A stretch of DNA of 64,000 bases from Octopus sinensis (lineage: Eukaryota): NCBI RefSeq assembly GCF_006345805.1, contig NC_043007.1, forward strand, positions 31,682,001 through 31,746,000, read 5' to 3'. Positions 24,619 through 38,500 of the stretch are shown here, one piece after another. Every line of letters starts with the position of its first letter. The stretch's first letter is position 1. The position numbers were made by a program, and so were the translations under genes. Under the pieces are notes generated by a model, which ran no database searches, was not told the origin of the DNA, and saw nothing but the letters and a program-made list of their open reading frames with translations.

Positions 24619-26535
24619 TCAGTTGGTGACATGTTCCAAGATGCCTTGTCGGATGAGATTTTCACATTCAGACCGTAAAAGGAAATGCTGAAAGAGAAAG
24701 GAAAATGAATATTAATTTAAGTGAAAGAAGGTAGAGGTATGGGAGGTGGGGTTTGGGACGTTTTGGCACAGCTGTTTTGGCACCACCTATTTGCCATCAC
24801 TGATCCAATGCTGACTTATTTGACATCAGATGTTTTAATGTTGATCTCATTCTTTCTTTTCCTTCCTCTCTCTCCCCAAGGGTGAACATATTTCTCTGTG
24901 TGTATCAGAGGAAAAGGGTTTATGTCAATCGTGTTCAATTAATAAATTGTATTATCTCTGTCTCTTTCTCTCTGGGCATATTTCTCTTTACATGTTTGAG
25001 GAGAGGAAAATTGTTTATGTCAATCGCATTCAGTTAATAAACTGTAGCCATCTCCCTAGCCAGTTCCTGTCAAACCATCCAACCCATGCCAGCATGGAAG
25101 ACGGGCATTAAATGATGAAGATGTTTCTTTCTCATCTCTTCTATCTATTTCTGCATGAGCATGTGCATGTATCTGCTTGCCTCCAGTGGGCAAGACAGGT
25201 TGAGTGCCCAGTCAACAGTGTCAAATTGTCAGCATCAAAACAGCCAACCCCAATCATCTCATTGCAGATAGGTGCATGTCTGTGTGCATCATTGCTTTCA
25301 GTGCCAAAAAACACTGTCACCAAAACAGGGTGAAAGACCAGTCAGCCATAGCAAATCAATCATTAGTGTCCAACAGTTACACCCAATCACCTCATTCTAT
25401 ATGTGTGCATATATACACACATATGTATGTATCATCATCATCGTTTAACGTCTGCCTTCCATGCTGGCATGAGTGGAATGGTTAGACAGGAACTTACCAG
25501 GCAGAACCCTGCACCAGACTTCTGCGACTGTTTTGGCAGGATTTTTACAGCTGGATGCCCTTCCTAACACCAACCACCAAGCAGAATGTATCATCATCAT
25601 CATCATTGTTTAACGTCCGCTTTCCATACTAGCATGGGTTAGACGATTTGACTGAGGAATGGCAAACCAGATGGCTGCACCAGGCACCAGTCTGATTTGG
25701 CAGAGTTTCTACAGCTGGATGCCCTTCCTAATGCCAACCACTCCGAGAGTGTAGAATGTATGTGATATATATTTTTCATTTCATACCATGCATTCTCACA
25801 ATCTCACAATTCAACTTAGCACTACAACAAAGTGCGGCCATCAGTGGAAATAATATTGGTTGTTTATTTAACTCCAGCTCACTCTCAACCAATCAAGCCT
25901 TGACCATCTCTCCTTATATTCAGACATTGTGTATGTCTTTGTTTTTTAAGACAATATGATGTGAGTTGAGGGAGATTTGATGCTGAGTCCCATGGGTTGA
26001 GCAGCAACGTAAAAGGCTCATTGGCTCAAATTAACTGTTTTCACCAGTACTTGTCTGTCATATTTTAGCCTCTCAACATCTAACATAAAGCCAAACCACC
26101 CCCTCTGAAATACTCTCCATCCCCACACTCAATTATATGGAGACTTCACTGATGTTGGTGCCACGAAGAAAAACACTGAACACACTGTAAAGTGGTTAGT
26201 GTCAGGAAGAGCATCCAGCCACAGAAAGCGTGCAAAAGCAGAAATAGGGGCTAGGTGCAGTCCCTTGGTTCACCAACTCCTGTCAAACCACTCATCCTAT
26301 GTCAACATAGAAAAAGGGATGTTAAATGATATTCTTTTACTTGTTTCAGTCATTTGACTCCGGCCAGGCTGGAGCACCGCCTTTAGTTGAGCAAATCGAC
26401 CCCAGGACTTATTCTTTGTTAGCCTAGTACTTATTCTATCGGACACTTTTTCTGAACTGCTAAGTTATGGGTACATAAACACCCCAGCATTGGTTGTCAA
26501 GCAATGTTGGTGGGGACGAACAGACACAAACATAT

Positions 26536-26597
<62 letters not shown>

Positions 26598-29526
26598 GAC
26601 GTGCTTCTTTCAGTTTCCGTCTACCAAATCCACTCAAGGCTTTGGTTAGCCCAAGGCTATAGTAGGAGACACTTGCCCAAGGTGCTACGCAGTGGGACTG
26701 AACCCGGAACCATGTGGTTGGTAACCAAGCTATTTACCACACAGCCACTCCTGATGATAACAAATAGTTTGTGTAAGAACTGGACCAGATCAAACAGTCA
26801 CTTATTTACAGCCCTTATATATATTTTAACCCTTCAGCATTCAAACCAGCCATATCTGGCCTAGATATTCCATTAGTTTTATGTTAAAACTGGCCAGATC
26901 CGGCCTCTCACACCTACCCTGTAATGCCATTCAAAAAAATGAAGAATAGCATCACTGAAACCTCAAAGCTATGAGATAAGCCACGGTTGATAGAAAACGA
27001 TGTGAATAAAAAAAGGATTACATTTGAGAGATTAATCTGAATGCTCAAAGGTTAAACAGAATTAAGGATCGTTAACAAAATGAACCTCATTGTGTTATTA
27101 AACCTAATTAGGTCACACAAATTAAGAAATAAACACATAATACACACCTGATTATTTCTTTTTAAGACTACAATGTTTCCATCTTGAGTCTCGAATTCTC
27201 CATGGTCAACTAAACATCTCACCTGAAATGTGAAACGCTAAAAAATAACAGACCAACAGAAAAAAAACCAAGCAAGATTCAACCAAATCAAAAAATAAAC
27301 CTAAATACTAAGCAAACAAAGATGAACCATTCCACTTCCATTGCGCATGCACATGCACGCACACACACATTCCCCCCCGTTTACATATACACACATATAT
27401 TCACACAGAGCTGAAACGCTGTTTGATTTATTTTTTCAGCATACAATTTTCATCATCCCACTACCTAATATGACATCACCCCTTCCTTCCTTCCTTATTC
27501 ATCTATCATCCCTCAACAAGAGCATTATTATAGTAGATTATCTTGGTAACCATGGGAGCTATCTAAAAAATACAAAGCCCAGCAACACCACCGGATCATT
27601 CTGCACATCTGTGTAATTTTTCATGCAATTCCACTCAGCCATTTGACCGTGAATCCCAAGACAAGAAAGAATCGCCCATGTCAAATTTATATGTATAGAG
27701 GCACGTAAAAAGCACCATTTGAGCGTGATCATTGCCAGCGTCACCTTACTGGCACATGAAAAAATATTCGAGCGAGGTTGTTGCCAGTGCCACTGGACTA
27801 GCTCCTGTGCAGGTGGCACGTAAAAATCACCATTTGAGCGTGGCCGTTGCCAGTACTGCCTGACTGGCCCTCGTGCTAGTGGCATGTAAAAGCACCCACT
27901 ACACTCTCGGAGTGGTTGGCGTTAGGAAGGGCATCCAGCTGTAGAAATCTGCCAGATCAGATTGGAGCCTGGTGCAGCCATTTGGCTCACCAGTCCTCAG
28001 TGAAATCGTCCGACCCATGCCAGCATGGAAAGCGGACGTTAAACGATGATGATGATGAGGGAAATGGAAAATTGAGTTTGCAAGAATATTTATTCAACAC
28101 AACGATCGTTTTGACCTGTCCTGCATCTGTGCCTTGCTGGAGGGATATTGTCCACTGGTAGATACAACACAACTAGTTGTACCACATCCCACTCACAAGG
28201 CACAGATACAAGATGGGTTGGAACAATCGTTGTGCTGAATAAAGATTCTTGCAAACTCCATTTTCTTTATTCATTATAAACTCAACAAACACTGCGGAAT
28301 TCCTGATATAGATCCAGTGGCACTTACACAAAACCTGTGGATGACATTAGGTAGCCTAAACAGCAGAAGTGCTTTAATCAGCATACTACTAATCATATAC
28401 CCAAATAATATATATATACACACACACATACGTGGAGGCACATGGCCTAGTGGTTAGAGCAGTGGACTCGCGGTTGAGGGATCGTGGGTTCGAATCTCAG
28501 ACTGGGCGATGTGTGGGTTTATGAGCGAAACACCTAAGTTCCATGCGACTCCGGCAGAAGGTAATGGCGAACTTCTGCTGACTCTTTCACCACAACTTTC
28601 TCTCACTCTTTCCTCCTGCATCATGCAAGCTCACCTGCGACAGACCAGCGTCTGGTTCAGGTGGGGAACCTATACGCCAAGGAAACATTATGAACCAAGC
28701 ATAGCTCAAGAAGGAACAACCAATATATACACACACACACAATGGGCTTTCACACAGTTTCCATCAAGCAAATCCACTCCCAAGGCATTGGTTGCATTGA
28801 GGCTATAGTAGAAAACACTTTCCCAAAAGGTGCCATGCGGTGGGATTGAACCTGAAAATTATTATAAGAGAAATGTAACATACCTCAATATATAAACTTT
28901 TAGGAGGTTGTATATCCTGAGTAAGATCGAGTCCGATGCCACCAGCAATATTCCGCATGTAGGTTGCTAACATCTTGTTATATCGGTTAAACCATTGCAC
29001 CTGGGAAAAGAAAAACACCAAGAGGGTAATTAAGGTGGGCTTTGATCCTTTCAAAAACCATATTTTTAAGGAAATAATCAAGAATTTGGAAGGATTTGGG
29101 AAAATAGATAATATTTAGAAAAAAGCTTAAAATGTTTGCGCATAGGCGCAGACATGGTTCTGTGGTAAGAAGCTTGCTTCCCAACCACATGGTTCTGGGT
29201 TCAATCCCACCACGTGGCACCTTGGACAAATGTCTTCCACTATAATCTCGGGTCAACCAAAGCCTTGGGAGTGGATTTGGGTAGACAGAAACTGAAAGAA
29301 GCCCATCATGTACATATATATTATAGGTCCTGCAGTCAATTTCTTCAACTAAAGGCAGTGCTCCAACATGGCCACAGTCAAATGACTGAAACATGTAAAA
29401 GAGCATACAATTAAGATATAAATTTATATATGAACTGTATAAAAGAGACTTGAATCATAAAACCCGAGATGGACTTTGGCAGGTTGATACAAAAATGTTT
29501 AAATTAAAAACGAAGCTAAAGGTGTT

Positions 29527-29557
<31 letters not shown>

Positions 29558-32500
29558 ATGGTGTCTTACAAGTTATGTGGTGACCTATTCCAGTGATGGT
29601 GCATTGTAAAAAGCACCCAGTAGACTCTATAAAGTGGTTGACATTAGGAAGGGCATCCAACTGTAAAAACCATGACGGTGGAGCTTGGTGTAGCCCTCTG
29701 GCTGACCAGCTCCTGTTAAACCGTCCAACCCATGCCAGCATGAAAGACACATTAAACAACATCATCATCATCATCGTTTAACGTCTGCTTTCCATGCTGG
29801 CATGGGTTGGATGGTTTGACTGAGGATTGGTGAGCCAGATGGCTGGCTGCACCAGGCTCTAATCTGATCTGGCAAAGTTTCTACAGTTGGATGCCCTTCC
29901 TAATGATGATAATATATTCCTTTAGTAATTAAAGCCAGCCATATCAGACCCAAAATTCTGTTTTATGTTCAAACTGACCAGACCTGGCCAAAATATTCCA
30001 CCGACTTTATATTCAAACCAACCAATTCTGGGCCAAATATTTGATCTGCTTTATGCTTCAACTGGCCAGATCCAGCCTCTCACACCTACCCTAGATAATT
30101 ATTCTAAAAGTCAATATCATCAAAATCTTGAAGCAAGGAGATAATGATTAATTCAAAGCAATGTGAATAAATAAGCTTTACATCCAACAGAGTAATCTGA
30201 ATGCTGAAGGGTTAGACATTTTGAAGCGACAAGGGAATGAACCAAAAAGATTAAATGGTTAATTTAGAAAGGAAGTTAAGGTGTTACATATAAAAAGGTG
30301 ATATGCTCTGAAGCTACAACAGTCCAAGGCAGAAGTCTGAACGTTGCTACAAAGACAGCAGCAACATAGAAAATATGACAGTTGACTTGACTTGACTTGA
30401 GGCAGCATTCACCCGGGGTGGATTGAACTGGCTTCATTCATCCTCAATGCTGCATCTCTCACAAATGCCGACCAGGCCTGGCGATTTGAGGCAAACGGCC
30501 GTGTGATCTCCAACCACTCCTTATTCCAGTGGCAAACGCCGTAGATATGGGGGCCTAGGTTGGGTTCCGGATCAGCCTTAACTGTCATCAGCCAGGTTTT
30601 TCATGGTCCACCACATTGCTTTCGCCAACCCTGAAGGGGAGCTGGGGCAATTGCTTCATAGATGAATTCTCCTGGTTGACGATGGAGGACATGACCCAGC
30701 CAATGCAGACGTCTCGTTAGGAAGACTTGTCGGAGGGAGGTGGCTTTTGGAATTCCAGATCTCTGATGCATGAAGAAACACAGGCACTAATGATGCACAC
30801 TCTCTCCAAATATAACAGTTGGGAGAGAAATAGAATAAAGCAATTTAACATTTTTGAATTATTTCATTTCTAAATTTTACTTTCCTACACTAACAAACAC
30901 TCAAATTTGTATATTTACTTCATGATTTGTTTATCACTACTTTGGCAAGTACAGCATAAAAAATGCTTTGCTAAAGAGGTGAAATTAAGACTGAAACACT
31001 TTGAGAGTTATCTCCCATACATGCAGGAAAATATACTAACCATTGATTAATTTTTTTCTTTCTTTTCAATGAACTTATTAAAACCGTACACATTAATACT
31101 AACTTTGGTATTTGCAGCAGATATTTGAAACTAGGAATTCTGAAAACCTTAGTTTCAAGGCTAACTTGTTGAATAAATTTGTTAAAAAAAAAAAGCACCC
31201 TCTACACTCAGAGTGGTTGGTATTAGGAAGGGCATCCAGCTGTCGAAACACTGCTAGATCAGATTGGAGCCTGGTGCAGCCCTCTGGTTCGCCAGTCCTC
31301 AGTCAAAAATCGTCTAACCCATGCTAGCATGGAAAGCAGACGTTAAATAATGATGATGTTAAAAGGCTAACTTATTAAATTTTTTAAAAAATAAATGATC
31401 GAGATTTTTAATCAACCAATCAAAATATTACCGATTACAGTTTATGCATTTAATCCCCACAAAATTTTAATCTATCCTGATTGGTTGAATCAAATGCAGT
31501 ATTTTGAATATTTTACTTTGATTGGTGGAAAGTGATCTCCCCTTGTTTACAAATAATCTCCAGAGAATAATGTGGATTTAACGAGTCTGAACTACCATGA
31601 AATAAGCAGGCGATTTGTGATAGCGTTTTTACTGAGTATTCATAGGTTTTTAATGGATTAACATTAATTTATTAAATTACTATTAATCTAGTAGATACAG
31701 TCCTGTTCTCCAGCAGCAAATGAAAAAAAAGTTATTCTGGTTGAAGTTATAATGCCTTGGAGGAAAAAGAAAAATTACTAGGACTTAGTCAACAAGGGAT
31801 TGTACATGGCCCCATTCCCTATAGAAGTCAGCTTTCCAGTTAGACAGGCCAACAAGGCACAAGGGGTAACATGTGGCTTCATTCCCATTTGAAATCGGCT
31901 GCCGGGGCTTTCCAGGTACATAAATGCACTGTCTTCTGCGGAAGAAAGGTCTGGAATCCAGACAACTGAAAGAAAGCCACCAAGGAGAATAGGTACAACA
32001 GCTGGAACCACTGCTGTTGCTGTGGTTGACAAGAGAACACAGGTGGAACACCTCTGCAGATGAAAACCTATACAGTCCTCACTGCCCCACTCAGGGCGAA
32101 AGGTACAGGCTAGGGGGCAAAAATACTTGTGACCCTGAGATACCAGCTGATGATACAGAAAGGTTTCCAACATTGTGAGGGATTCAGTAAAAGAGCTTGC
32201 CAAACCCCTGATTATCTCCTGCAGTTTCCGCATGAAGCAAAGCATCTCTGCTGTTGATTTCACCATGTTAAACACTAACTAAATTTTATTACTCACTATG
32301 GTTTACCCCCTAACAACACCCTATGAAAAATACTTACATATGGTAATTTAGAAAAGAAAATTAATAACCAGTAGACAAGGGGTAATTCCCAAGACTTATG
32401 TAGGTCAGGGATGAGAAACCTGTGACCAACTGAAAGAAATCCAGCCCCGCACACACAAGTCTGGTACTTGATTTATCAGTCTCTTTTCCAGAAATCTTAA

Positions 32501-35500
32501 ATTCCGAGAATATAAACAAACCAACACTGGTTGTTAGTTGCTGGTTGGGGAACAGACTCAATAATATGTACACTTTATTTGTGTGTATTTGTGTATATGC
32601 ACCCAAACATACACAGACACATATAACATATATATCATCATCATCATCTACAGTCTGTTTTTCCATGTTGGCATGGGTTGGATTGTTTGACTGGAACCAG
32701 TAAAATGGAGAGGTGCCCCAGGTTCCAGTCTGATTTGGCATGGTTTCTACGGCTGGATGCCCTTCCTAACAACAATCACAATACTGGAATATATTTTCTG
32801 TTGATTTTAAGTTTATAGATTTTATACAGAATTGAAAACCAGCACTACAAGTTCCAATGTTACATAAACAATGCAACTGAAGATAGTGGAAACAGGTAAA
32901 AAGGTGTATATGCACATTTCAAGGGTCACATTAGACAAGTGCTTAAAACCACTTACCTCACGTTCACACATATTGTAACGGATCTCGGCAGGAAGAACAC
33001 TACCAAATTCCCAGCGCATTTGTTGTATATTCCTTAGTCTTTTATACCTGCAGATACAGAAAACGGTATCAGTTGTTTACACAGAGTCTGTTGCATTCAA
33101 AACAAAGATTTGACCTACTGTATTTTAACCTGTATAAGGAACCCCTTTTCTGGTCAAAAATTAGGTTAAAAAAATATGGGGTTTTTTTATACATGGATAG
33201 TATTATAATCCCTTACAAAACCTTTTTTCCGAATTTTAAGCCCTCCAAATTAAGGGGTTCCTTATACACGTTAAAATATGGTAAGTTTCTTATTTCTTTA
33301 TTGCCCACAAGAGGCTAAACATAGAGGGGATAAACAAGGACAGACAAAGGGATTAAGTCTATTACATCGACTCAAGTGCATAAAGAATGGAAGGTAAAGT
33401 CGACTTTGGTGGAATTTGAAATCAGAATGTAACGGCAGACAAAATACTGCTAAGCATTTTACCTGGCTTGCTAACGTGTCTGCCAGCTCACCACCTTTAT
33501 ATGGTAAGTTTGTTCCTCAATATACACAGGTGTTGGCATGGTTGTGTGGAAACAAGTTTGCTTTCCAACCACGTGGTTTCAGGTTCTGTCCCACTGCAGG
33601 GCACTTTAAGCAAAGTGTCTTCTTTTATAGCACTGGGCCAACCAAAGCCTTATGAGTGAATCTCTCTCTTCTATTTTTTTATATTTTTAGAAGGATCAAA
33701 GTTATTTCCCAAGCCATAAGGCCAGTTACCTAGATTCTGTGGCAAATGTCTCTCCTCCTTGGACAGGACATCGGTCCATCGCAGGATTACTGATTTTTGC
33801 CAGCTGAGTGGACTGGAGCAATGAGAAATGAAGTGTTTGCTCAAGAACACAACTCAGTACCCAGCCCAGGAATTGAAACCATCATCACACGATCATGAGT
33901 GCAATGCTCTAACTACTAAGCAATGCACCTCTACTATGAGCAGATCCTGTAGAGGGAGACTGAAAGAAACCCATTGTGTGTGCATGCATCTACTGCAACA
34001 GCTGCATTTCATCCATCTGTGACATGTCATAGAATGCTTCACACCCTACAATGTAAGAAAAGGGTGTGGGGCCAAGTTCAGGCCTGGCTGTGTGGTTAAG
34101 AAGCTTGCTCTGCAACCACATGGTTTCAGGTTCAGTCCCACTGCACAGTACCATGGCCAAGTGTTTTCTACTACAGCCCTGGGCTGACCAATGCCTTGTG
34201 AGTGAATTTGGCTGAGAGAAACTGTGTGGAAGCCCTAATACAAGGGCTTCCATGTGTGTGAGGTGATGACAAGTGACCGAGACGTATGGTCCTAAGTTGT
34301 GCTTGAGAAGACCAGTCAGGCCAAGTGGTGCCACGTGACTGGTACCCATTATACTCTTGGCGTGGTTGTTGTTAGGAAGGGCATCCAGCCATAGGAACCA
34401 TACCAAATCAGATTGGAACCTTGTACAGCTCTCTGGCTTACCAGTTCCAGTCAAACTATCCAACACATGCCAGCATGGAAAAGCAGACACTAAATGATGA
34501 TGATGATGATGATATATATGTTATATGTGTTTGTGTATGTTTGGGTGCATATACACAAACACACACAAATATAGTGAGCGTATCACTGTGTCTGTTCCCC
34601 AACCAGTGACTAACAACCAGTGTTGGTTTGTTTATATTCCAAAAATTTAAGACTTCAGGAAAAGAGACTGATAGAACAAGTACCAGACTTGAGGGAGAAC
34701 CAAAGAAAAAAAAACCCCAAGGGATCAATTTGTTCAACCTACAAAGCCATGCCCCAGCATGGCCACAGTCCAATGACTGAAACAAGTAAATTGTAAAAAA
34801 AAAATAAAAGGTATATTTACAGGTAAGTTAGAAGACATCGTTTGTTTCTTTCAAGAGCAGCATGCCGGACCTGGACACTGGAGAACAAACCAGCTTCTCC
34901 GGCCACGGTGTCGTTCCTAGGATGAGACGCAAAATAGTTGCCAATTAATATGAAGAAAATTTTAAAAAAAGCAGATCATAAAGAAAATATTCATTTGCTG
35001 GAGAAGATGTTTGTGTAATTGCCATTGTTAGTTTTGTCAAAAGACCAACACAGAACCCATTATATGCAGTAAATAAAGGTTCTGTTAATTGTTCGTGAAT
35101 GTTGTTAATTACTTCTTGGCGCAGCCTTAGGAAAAGCATTTTCACTCACCAACAAAACCCATCACACTTGTAAACTAAATACAGAAATCTTTATATATAA
35201 AAGTAAGGTTGTGTGTCTGTCTGTCTCCTACGATTTAGATTCCTAACTACTCCCACATTTTGCGGTGCAGTTTAACCAAAACCGGGTATCTTATAGTCGT
35301 GATTCATATCAAGCCCTTCTGGGTATTAGCGCGCGTCTACGATGAGTCTACGATTTAAAAAAAAATTTACCATCATTTTTTTCCATTTTAATGCATTTTT
35401 TCGCTATTATATAAGGGGAAGTAACTCTCTAAAAATGTCTACGATGAGTCAACGATTTAAAAAAAAATTTACCATCATTTTTTTTCCATTTTTAATGCAT

Positions 35501-38500
35501 TTTTTTGGTTATTTTTTGGCTATAACTCTCTAAAAATGCTTATATAGTTATTTCCCTTACAAACCCGAGCAACGCCAGGCGATACTGCTAGTAATTTATA
35601 TTCATATACGAGGGAGTGCTGAAAAGTTCCTGGCTTTGGGTAAAAGAAAAATACTGGAGGATCAGTTAATTATGATTTTATTCAACATATTCTCCTCTCA
35701 GATTCACACTTATTGCAGCAGTCCTTCAGCTTTTCTAAACCCTGGACAAAAACTCAGAAGGTTGGACCTCCAACCAAGCCTTTCATGATCCCTTTAAAGC
35801 CAGGAACTTTTCAGCAACCCCTCATCTCTCTCTATATAAACGGCAGTTTGTCTGTGCGTGTTTCTGTGTGTCTGTTTGCTTGTACCCTCACCCTGACCAC
35901 GGCTTTCAACCGATTCTGATGAAACTTGACACACACATAGCCCAATGCCATAATTCAAAACTAACGCAGCGAAAATTTTGAAAAGTTCCCCCAGTTCTGA
36001 AAAAAATCGATAAATTCGACATGGGGTCGACAATCAGAAACACGAACCACAAACTGTCTAGGGGACGCAACTCCACCTTTTTTAACTAAAAAAAAAATTT
36101 ACCATCATTTTTTTCCCATTTTTTTGCTGTTTTTTGGCTATAACTCTCTAAAAATGCTTTATAGTTATTTCCCTTACAAACCTGAGCAACGCCGGGCGAT
36201 ACTGCTAGTATATATATATATACTAGCAGAGATATCTGGCGTTGCCCGGTTACATTTAATTGAAGAATTAGACTTTTCTGTTATATATATGTGTGTGTGT
36301 GTGTATCCATACACACACACACATATATATGTATATTAATATAAATACATGTAAGTACATGAAGTTTGTTAAAAAAAAGGGGATCATGTATATACCTCCT
36401 GGCTGTTGAGATTATAACACCTCGTTGTAAACAATGTTCCTTGTTTTTCCTTGTGGAGCATATACAAAAAGGTTTCTTTTGGTTCCTACTCTTGAGCAGC
36501 TAACATACAGTTGCCCATGCGAGAAGCAGGGCTCTTCCAAGAGAAGACCAGCTACAGAGAGGGTTTGACCCTGAGATTTGTTAATGGACATGGCAAAGCT
36601 GACACGAAGGGGGAATTGCAGTCTTCTGAATGTAAATGGAATTTCTGCTCCTGATGGAGTAAGAGGAAATCTTGGAATAAAGACATCATCACCTTTTCCA
36701 CATCCAGAAAGAATGATCGCCTCGATAACGTGTGACATCATTTTCTTTGTCACCAGTCGTGTTCCATTGCAAAGTCTTGGTGGTTCCAGATTGCGGAGTA
36801 GCATTACAGGAGATCCGACTTTAAGTGCTAATATGTGTGGAGGTAGTCCAGGAGGCTCCAGTGAATTGAGAAATTCCACCACCATCACCACCACCAACAA
36901 CAACAGCAACAATATCATCGTTTTGCCGTCTACCATAACTGCCAACAACAACACCACTACTACAACCTCAACCACTACAAGTGACACCAACACTACCACC
37001 AAAAACAAATCCAATTTTGCACAAGCGTTAAAAATAAAAAAAGACAATACTAAACTTCAAACGTTTGTCTTCGGATAATATTTTTTACGTAAAAGTTGTG
37101 CAACAACTAAAACATTCGGTTGTGCAAATTCTTTGCATGGGAAACCTGCCTTTGTGTGGCGTGTTTCCCGATTTTGTAAATTTGCTTTCGGCTTTCTTAG
37201 CCATTTCTGTTTTGGCGACTTCAAAGCCATGAAGTCGTTGTTCTAAAAGAAGGCTGGTCTCCTTGACAACGCTTACGACGTTGATTTCCCAACCCTGCCT
37301 TCCCCACAGCTTCATGAAGGAGAGAGGAAGGGGAGGAGCAACACAGGTGCAGGTGCGAGCATGGACGCCAACATCGCCACCACTACCACCTCCGCATTCG
37401 CTATTTTTACCGCCGCCGCCACCAACACCACCACCATACTATACCGCTGCTCTCTCCTTTTGGCTACTAAATCTATTACCATCGCCATACAATATTGCCT
37501 TCAAAAGTTTGTGTTTGGATAATATTTTTTACGTAAAAGTTGTGCAACAACTAAAGCATTCGGTTGTGCAAATTCTTTGCACGGGAAACCTTCCCTGTGT
37601 GACGTATTTCCCCATTTTGTAAATTCGTTTTCGGCTTTCTTAACCATTTTTGTTTTGAGCATGGCAACTTCAAAGCCATGAAGTCGTCGGGGAAAAGGTC
37701 ACTGGTCTCCTTGACAACGCTTACGACGTTGATTTCCCTACCCTGCCTTCCCCACTGCTTCACGAGGGAGGGAAAGAAGGGGAGGAGCAACACAGGTGCA
37801 GGTGTGAGCATGGACGCCGACACACGAAGAATTGGAAGAACCCAGACGACAGCTTCACAAACGACGACGACAACGCCGCCGACGCCACCGCCACCACCAC
37901 CACCACCACCAAAGCAGGTTATGAGCATGTGGAAGGCCCCTTTTTTGCCACTCGATTGTGTACATGTCACATTGTATGGGCCCAAAGACTTGCCCTTTTT
38001 GTATGAGCTTCATGAGAGAGATTAACTTCAGATGGAAAACTCGGGCGTTGAGATTCCGGTTCGAATGTAAGGCAGGTTTGAAAGTGTTCCCAGCAGTTAT
38101 TAGTTGTAGTGGTAGAGTGTTTATGCCAAATATGTACGTATGCATGTATATATATGTATGTATATATATGTATGCCTGTATATATGTACAAAATCCATTG
38201 AGAAGGCTTTTGTTGGTCTGGGGTTACAGCAGAAGACACATGCCAAGTCACCACACAGTGGGACTGAACCCAGGACCATGTGTTTGGAACGTAGTTTGTT
38301 ACTATACAGCCACACCTGCCCCTATGTATGTGTGTGTGTGTGCGTATGTGTAGATATATTATGCATGTATATATGTGTGTATATATGTGTATATATGTGT
38401 ACATATTACATGTACATCTATATACTCTTTTACTTGTTTCAGTCATTTGACTGTGGCCATGCTGGAGCACCGCCTTTAGTCGAGCAAATCGACACCGGGA

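Noticed and set aside
28433-28510. tRNA gene
   Set aside because: A/B boxes are present but the sequence continues into a SINE body and there is no closed cloverleaf.
36412-37047. 211-aa ORF as a host PIF1 helicase gene with a membrane anchor
   Set aside because: Only the C-terminal helicase remnant of a Helitron; the hydrophobic N-terminus is a translated (GTT/GGT)n run.
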